A stretch of 56,697 bases of DNA, filler included, from Sphacelaria rigidula (Eukaryota), in assembly GCA_964200075.2 (NCBI GenBank). It is 7 parts of 7 records of this genome, joined end to end, with 100 filler letters (N's around TTAATTAATTAA, not from the genome) between each part and the next. Parts side by side here need not be neighbours in the genome. Positions count along the whole stretch, not along the records: positions 48,685 to 56,697 come from CAXNAA020012645.1; 6 more parts are not named here. One strand, given 5' to 3'. A program made the position numbers and the translations under genes. Within the stretch, counting starts at the first letter, position 1. The number at the start of each line of letters is the position of its first letter. This document shows, in pieces, positions 49,366-56,697 of this stretch. The notes under the pieces are model-generated. The model saw only the letters and a list, made by a program, of their open reading frames with translations. It ran no database searches and had not been told where the DNA came from.

Positions 49366-49994
49366 GATCGCTGTGACGACCAATACCACTTGGATGAATC
49401 TTGTAAGATGCTTTCGAACCCAGATACACTCACAAACTGCTGGATGGTGATGATCTGAAAATAGTGGGGGTGCGTCCACACCCACACATGGGGTACCTCC
49501 CGCGGCCCCGCCGCGAAGCAAGATTTGCTACTTTTGCGCGGATTCTTCTTCGCTAGTCTGCCCTGAGCTCTGGCTGACGATTCAGAGTTTGTTCCCTCCA
49601 GAGCATACTTGGACAGTATGTTGTACTCTATGCCCTTCCAGCTGAAGGCGTCCCAATCTTCGTCATCTCCTCCCCCCCCCCGGAAATACAGTGATCGATC
49701 TCCATGTATGTGCACCACCGAATTTACTCTCGAGTGCCGGGCGGGGTGAATCACTGCACGGCTGCCGGTGCGAACGCCAACTGACCTTGCCGCCATTCTA
49801 CCACGACTTCTTGCCCATCATTGACGGTGAAACCTTCCTCTCCGCCGCCCTGAGCATATGGTGGCAGGGGGTACGCGGGATTTCGCCCTTGACAAGTCCC
49901 ACTGCAATTTCTCGTCGACTTTTGATTCATCGGCCAAAGATTCTGCGCCACGGTGCGTTCCCGCGCAGAGCACGGACGTCACATCATGAGCTAG

Positions 49995-50152
49995 ATGTTG
50001 TTGTTGTTGTTGTCGTTGTTGTTGTCGTTGTCGTTGTTGGTGTTGGTGGTGGTAGTGGTGGTGGTGGTGTTGTTGTTGATGATGATGATGATGATGATGA
50101 TGTCGCTGTTATTATCGTCATCATATCATCATCATTATTGTTTTATTATTAT
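49995..50152. repeat. Compound trinucleotide microsatellite (GTT/GTC/GGT/GAT/ATC/ATT)
   Basis: Directly visible triplet runs. Confidence 0.9.
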
Positions 50153-50167
50153 CACGGAGGGATGCCA

Positions 50168-50625
50168 GGGTAGGGGTGCACTTTTCAGTCGAGCGATGCT
50201 ACGGTAGGGGTTTTGATTCTGGAGCTCCGCTTCTTGTAGGAGCACGAATATATGGGGCTTACTGTGCAGCCCTAAACCTTTGGGAACCGAACTCCCAGAA
50301 ACATGGTGTTTGCACGCAGGAGCCGTTTCGTGAAGCCGCATCATTTTCAGTATTTTCTGAGTAAAGCTGATGCCGACTCACGAAATGACTCTCCCAACAT
50401 CCCGAGCAGCCCCGAGAATTATTGAAGTTAATAAAGCGCAACCCCTACCGTAGCATCACGCAGTCCGAAGGTTTTCTGAGGCTGCACACTAAGGCCCAGA
50501 TACTTATCATCGAGACGCTATTATAACGAAGACTCGGAAAAAATAGTCCACCCCTACCGTGGCATTGCTCTACTATTCTCATCATTATTATTACTACTAT
50601 TGAGCAACGCTACGGTAGGGGTGCA
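50168..50625. mobile_element. Cluster of MITE-like inverted termini (gctacggtagggg / cccctaccgt)
   Basis: The motif occurs in alternating orientation at about 50168, 50197, 50441, 50551 and 50608. The internal tttgggaacc.aactcccagaa sequence recurs at about 55026. Confidence 0.5.
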
Positions 50626-50829
50626 CAAATATTTTCTGAGGTCAAAATTCTGAGGACCTCTTTATCTCATCCAAAACACGACTTATGAAATACGTGAGAG
50701 TATACGCCAGGATTACTATTCCAATGTGCTAAGGATATCCCGAATGAAATTGCGAATGGGGATGCCCTGATCTATATTCTTGTGCATCTAGAATCCTTGG
50801 GAGCCCCTGCACCAGACAGTATTTTGCAC

Positions 50830-53630
50830 AAAACGTTGAGGCACCTCAGTAGGAAACCTCGATGGGCCTCCCGCAACGCGCCGAAATTACCGTGTGTGAT
50901 CGTCCAGGTCAGCCGTGTAGTATCACCACGATCACGTTAGTCTTCTGAGGACAAACCTTGGTGTCCAGGGCGATGTACCGGTTGTCGTGTACTGCTCTAC
51001 TGTACTTGTAGAAGCATGTCCAGGCCTGGCCAATGCGGCTGTGGATCCCAGAAGTGACATCGCGTATGCTGCTGATTTTTCCGCCAGGGTAAACGAAAGA
51101 TTCACCTCCTTTGTATTTTGGCTCGCCGCCTTCACCTCGATCACACCCGCCTTCATGTTCGCAGAGCGCCTGTGCATAGTGACTGTCTTCTTTTCCGCCA
51201 CAACGAGGCCGCATGCCGCACATACTTGGACGACGCCAGTTATCATATTCGCCAGGCTTTCTTGAGACCGCGAGGCGATGTCAGCGTCGTCGGCGTAAAG
51301 CATGACCCAAATCACTTTGCTGAGTTCGCCCTTGGTCTTCCCGCCTCTTGCAGATATGCGGATGAAGTCCTGCACTATCGCTTCATTGATCGCGAAGCAG
51401 TCCAACGTCACCGTCAGCACCCCCGCGAAACATATGTTGAACAGGCCGGGGGAAAGCACACAGCCCTGGCAGAGGCCCTGGTTTACGCTGAACCATTCAG
51501 ATGTCTCGTCGCTGTCAAGGCGTACGCATGCCTGCATGCCGTCGTGGAACTGGCGGATTGTAGGAATTAATTACCTTGGCGGGGATACGGTAGTGTGCTA
51601 GAAATTTCTAGCGGAGACGGCGGTCCACTGAGTCGTGTGCCGTTTTGGAGGTCGATGATGCACATATACTGTGGAAGCTTCTTCTCGCTTGCCAGCTCTT
51701 GGAGCCTGCGCACAACGAACATCATGTCAACCATCGACCCGCCGGGTCGAAAACCGCATTGCGCTTCCGGAAGGATTCACTTCCGCTCGCACTATGCGCT
51801 GAGGCCAGTCGAAATTTTCTTGAGAAGCACCTTCTCAACGTGGGGCCCGAGGGAAATACCGCGGTAGTTGCCCCATTCGTATGGGTCCTGATTCTACAGT
51901 AGAAAAGCACCTCGATGGTGGTGTCGTTTCACCGTTGCGGCACTACTTTATGACGCCGCACGATGAGTACGATGTTGTGTAAGCATTTTAGGATGGCAGA
52001 GTTCGGTGTGGCCAAGCTCCATCCGTTCGCCACAGCTGTCGTCCGTCCCAACGGCCTTGCCGTTCGCCACTTTGCCCACCACTTCCTTCACTTTTCCATC
52101 GAGGGCTCGGCCGCGAGGGGGGCGTACTCTGGCATCTGTTCGATGAGATTGATGACAGTGGTCGGTCGTAGGGGAGGTTGCGTTCACACGTGTTTCAGAC
52201 CATTCATTTCCGTTGTTGCACGACAACTTGCTTGCTCCGCAATATCTCGCCAGTCGCGCTCCTTATGTAGATTGAGTCGCACTGCTTCTCTCCTTCCAGT
52301 TCCAAGGACTTGATGTGCAAATACAGTCCTGCTCGATCTTTTTTGCGAACAAACTACGCGGTCCTAACTGTGAACTCGTGAACAAAGTTCTACAGCTCAG
52401 CATCCTTCACCCGCTTGAACGCTTTGTCGGTTACCTTCAGTGCCTTCTTCAGGGCAGGGTCTTCGGGGTTGGCGCGTAGATTCTTCCATACCCGTTCCTT
52501 GAGATTCCACATCTTTGGAGGCGATTCCGAGCCTGAGGTGACTCACTCAACCATCTTGAGGAGCTCTTCTTGGGGCATTGAGGGAGTGTATCCGTGGCCA
52601 TCTGTCGTGAGGCGTTGCGAAGGTAGATGCCATGTCATTGGCGTCCATTACTGCGGGGGAGTTTGTGACATTCGGGAGCTTGGCGACAATGGTCTGTGAG
52701 ACAGTCGCCCTCCAGTGCCGGTCGGATGCGACGGCTTTGCGCGCCTAACGCACTCCCCTATTTCCACCTCCCTGTTTCGGATGGCGGTTGGGCGCGCTCC
52801 GTCCGAGGAGACCATTGTTGACTGAGATACGTCGATGGTCCGATTTCATATCGTGGTGCACAGTGATATTTTGGACGCTTCTGCGGTCTTGCTGACATAC
52901 TAGAATGTAGTCCAGGCGCCAAAATGTTCGACCTTTTGGCCTCGCATACGTGTATGCGGTCGAGCTTTCACCGCGAGTTGGCGCGCGGAAAAACGTGTTT
53001 TTGATGGACATTTCATGTTCCGCAGCGCATTTCAGTAGGCGTCACACATCATCATCCCGGGTGTCTTTGCCATACTCTCCAAATGCCCAAACGTCATCCA
53101 TGCCTCCTCTTTCCCTCTTTCCGGTAAGAGCATTGGCATCCGTTATGAGTAATGGGTGCTCGTTGGGGGATAATTCAGCGATGAAACCGCTGAGAGTTTT
53201 CCAGAACTAGGTCTTTTCGGAGCCTTGCGCTATCTCAGTAGGAGCATGCCCTACAATGAAGGTTATGGCAACTCTATGCCTTAAAGCTACTTGTACCTAA
53301 AGGATCCTTGCACTCACGTGTTCGGGGACGATGCTTTCTGGGCCCAGCGTGCTGGCTATTGACTCTTTAATGTCAAGGCCGACTCGAAGCACTCCCGATT
53401 TTCCCCCGTCTCCATGGCAGTGGCCGTTGCAGTGAACGACTAATCCCGCGGCTGACGCGTGGAAAGTTGCTCTTCCATCGCAACGATTCTCTTCAAGAGC
53501 GACGAATAACAGTTGTATGTGGGCAAAAAGCAGGAGGTCCCCTGTGTGGTCTGCGCCGCTGGAACATCTCTCAGCCATGGTTCGTAAATTCCAGGTGGCC
53601 ACTACCAGCTCGTCGGATCGAGACACTGCC
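50830..53630 (-). mobile_element. Non-LTR retrotransposon (RTE-like LINE): AP endonuclease + RT, decayed
   Basis: Endonuclease: LVVATWNLRTM, IKNTFF, YTY, RLDYILV, SDHR. RT: SEWFSVNQGLCQGCVLSPGLFNI, MLYADD, KKTVTM. No separate ORF1 is evident; many frameshifts. Confidence 0.92.
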
Positions 53631-54159
53631 CTTGCGACAGTGCGATTGGCTCTAGCCTAAGCCTTGGCTTCTCGTCAAGTTCGTATTTCCCTCCTTCTCT
53701 TCGTTCGTCTTTCTGAGTCCCATTCTTTCTGGCGTTTGATCCAACATTCTTGGGCTTCTCTGTGTTTCCACGTTCTCTTCTGCCGGCGCTGGTTCTTGTC
53801 TCTTTTCTCCTGGACGGGGTTCAACGGGCCTCGCGCATCGACCAGTACCAATCTAAACTACACACTTACACACACGTCGCTGTCTGCTCTCAGAGCTATA
53901 GCAACAATACTTTCGGTGATTGCGATGCTTAGTCGGATTAGCGGCCCCAGACGGCAGGGATAGGGCGTGTTCCGTCACCATCGAACAGTCCATCATCAAA
54001 CTTGACGATGGCGTTTTTCAGTGAGGATAGCAACGGCGCGCGGAAAGTGCCCATGTATCTTCTCCCCGGAAATTCTTCACAACCCTTTGGCGACCGAGCT
54101 TCCAGAAAGACGTGGTTTGTATGCAGGGGTCTTTTTGTGAATTGGCATCATGTTTTACC

Positions 54160-55290
54160 TGAAAACGACTGAAAATGATGCCAACTCATGTAAGGGCCCC
54201 CTGTGTGCAAAACATATAACATGTTTCTGGGAGTCCGTTGCAAAGTATTTGGGGGCGGGGGGATTATGTCGGCACTTTGCGCGCGCCGTTCCGGTGCTTC
54301 TTCACCCTCAATGAAACCCTATCCTCAATTTTGATGATCGGCTGTTTCTACTCGTTAAGGCAGCTTCAGAAAATCTTTGCTTTTTCCGGTGGCCCACTTT
54401 GTTTTCGCTAAACTTGCATTTTCGTCCAAGAACGATCAAGAACGGTCGAGTCTAAAACGAACTTCTGGGCTTGACCGTCCTCGGACAAAAATGCAAGATC
54501 GGCCAAACACCAACTAACTGCAGCCAACGAAGAACGCAAGGTGTCCGGAAGCCGTCCCAATGAGTATTCCTCGTGTTTATTTTGATCCGATGGACCGCCC
54601 GATATTCAGAAGCCCGTGCGACCCCTTTTCATCATTTTTAAAATACAACTCGTCGCTGATCACATCCGTTGTTATCATTTCGTTTTGAAATCGGCAGTTG
54701 AAACACGCTGTTACTCGGCCGTTCAAAATTGAACTCCAAGATTCAAGAGGCGTTTTTGATTGATATTCAAAGTCAGGTCCTGTCCTGCATTTGTATACTA
54801 ACCAATCCCGACCATGTATGGGTAACACATTCATTTATGCGATTCGTTCGAAGCCTAAGAATTCGAATCTCACTCGACAATCCGACGAAATGCTTTTTCA
54901 GTAGATGTTACTGCTCGGGAAAGTAAATCTTCCGAGAACAGCTTTACTTCATGTGAGTGTGGACACTGAAGTTCAGATCTTTAGTGGGGCTTTTACAGTC
55001 CCAAGTGCTCCTTCTATGTTGACCCTTTGGGAACCAAACTCCCAGAATCATGTGGTTTGCAGGCAGGGGCCTTTTGCAAGCAGGCAGTGTTTTTACTTGA
55101 AACCGACTGAAAATGATGGCGATTCATAAAAAGCCCCTGCGTGTAAACCACATGTTTCTGGGAGTCCGGTCCCAAAGGAGTCACGAAATGTTCTCGAGGG
55201 GAAATATATATGGGCACTTCACGCGCACCGTTCCGGGACTTCCTTATTCTCGATGAAAAGCCCCTCTTTAATTTTGATGATCGGCTGTGA
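54160..55290. repeat. Two diverged direct copies (about 54160-54345 and 55098-55288) of a non-coding repeat end; reverse copy of the terminus at about 5432-5455
   Basis: Both copies share cgactgaaaatgatg, acatgtttctgggagtccg, cgcgc.ccgttccgg and aattttgatgatcggctgt. Confidence 0.65.
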
Positions 55291-56238
55291 TCGCCATGTA
55301 ACAGAAAATATACGGGTGGTAATGACCGTATATGGTACAGCCAGTGATGACTGCGCGATCGACACTCAATCCCACACGACTATGGTGCGGAGCAGTTCGA
55401 CAGTAAAAACCAATTACTCTCAGCACAAGTAGAGTGTCGTACCCTTCCAGGGGTTGCTGCCTTTAGTTGGTCTAACCCGGCCTGGGTCGTTCGGGTCTTC
55501 GCCTGGGAGAGGGTGTCGACTGTATCACGGGCGGTAAGCACCGTAAGGCTTGTACGTGCAGGAGCACTTTGACAGTAGGAGTCACCCAGCTCCCGCACGG
55601 ACGTGGTACGAAGCAGTCTGACAGTATCTGTCATTGATTCCCCGTAGTAGCAAAAATGCTGCGCCTTTCCTTCGGCCTCTGCCGTCAGCCGGCCCGATCC
55701 AGCCTCAGCGGTTCGGAGCCAAGGCCGGGGATAAAAATGATACAATTTACGAGGTGTGACGCTTTTAATTTCTGGATGTTCGACACCATCGCTTTACGCA
55801 CGTCATGGTCGATGACGAGAGAATGCAAGTGGACATCGCGCAAACTGCGTGTGTCGAGGCCGAAAAGGAAGGCGCAGACGTGTAGGTTGCTCAGCGACGG
55901 ACCTGCGGGATGCTGTGAGAGATGGCACACGCAACAGACAAATACGCAATGCAACGTCGCAACATGATTGTAGACGATTACTACTATAAGATGGCCATTG
56001 TGCACATTAGCGGTAGGTCACCGATGACATCACGCGCCATCGTTGCACCAGCAGCTGGCGACGCTCATACGACACCGATGAGCCTCGATATGCTAGCATG
56101 AGTGGAAATGAAGTTGCTGCTTGAAAAGTATGTAGTAAATGAAACACCGACGCCACACGACGTTTGCGTCCGTTTTGGTTCTTTATTGTGTCATAGCTAC
56201 CGGACACGAATAGCCACTCCAAGACCAAACACTAGTTA

Positions 56239-56660
56239 ACAGTGGATTTTCGAAAATGAGGTTGAAAAAATGAATGAGGTTCAACTCAAAAGCCGTGCTT
56301 TCCCTGACCTAAGTTCATGACAAATTACTTTCATATGGACGACCTTATCCCTCCCGACCGCCCTGAAACTATTTCGGGGGATTTCTAGCCTTCGGTTCCC
56401 TCAAAGGGTACGTGCGAAAGCACGATTTTCGGGTCAAAAAACATCATCTTTCCACCCCGAAATCGAGGCAAAAGAGTGCTTTCGCACATACCCTTTGGGG
56501 GAGCGGAAGGCTAGAAACCCCCCGAAATAGTTTTCGGGAGGTCGAGATGGATGAGGTCGTCCGTATGAAAGTCATTTCTCCTGAATTTAGGTCAGGAAAA
56601 GCACGGCTTTTGAGTTGAACCTCATTTTGTTTTTCAACCCCATTTTCGAAAATCCACTGT
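56239..56660. mobile_element. Complete 422-bp almost fully palindromic MITE, probable TA TSD (Tc1/mariner-type)
   Basis: TIR acagtggattttcgaaaatg / cattttcgaaaatccactgt. The arms pair imperfectly over about 190 bp, with TA on both flanks. Confidence 0.85.
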
Positions 56661-56697
56661 TAGTTCCTCTTGTGTGGAGGTGATCATGTCCATCTTC

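Noticed and set aside
49995..50207. ORFs with poly-Val/Leu/Met/Asp runs as a membrane protein
   Set aside because: These are translations of a compound trinucleotide microsatellite.
53880..54020. HDV-like ribozyme in the 5' region of the RTE-like LINE
   Set aside because: I could form only a short P1-like helix, with no consistent P2/P3 nested pseudoknot by eye.

Overview
Eukaryotic, intron-rich, transposon-dense DNA, most consistent with a brown alga (Phaeophyceae); the taxon is inferred from gene and repeat style only. The window is not one locus. It is seven contigs of near-identical, decreasing length (8015, 8015, 8014, 8014, 8013, 8013, 8013 bp) joined by six identical 100-bp spacers (44 N + TTAATTAATTAA + 44 N), so nothing across a spacer should be treated as linked. 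Three host gene fragments can be read. (1) The last two exons of a glutamate formiminotransferase-like gene. (2) The 3' part of a y-type-like thioredoxin, which appears to be spliced through a 4.7-kb GC-AG intron onto an unusual Pro-rich tail with five (D/E)AC repeats. (3) Three exons of a cytochrome b5-like domain protein, also joined through a GC-AG intron. The rest is decayed retroelements and small repeats: a Ty3/Gypsy pol with chromo-like and Tudor-like C-terminal modules plus its 3' LTR; the 5' and 3' ends of a second Gypsy family; two Copia remnants; an RTE-like LINE; many MITEs, several with readable target-site duplications; two minisatellites; and a tRNA-like/SINE head. I found no convincing novel multi-gene system. 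The best leads are the thioredoxin Cys/Pro tail, the possible dual reader domain on the Gypsy integrase, a Gypsy LTR with no tRNA primer site, and a 42-bp palindromic array.
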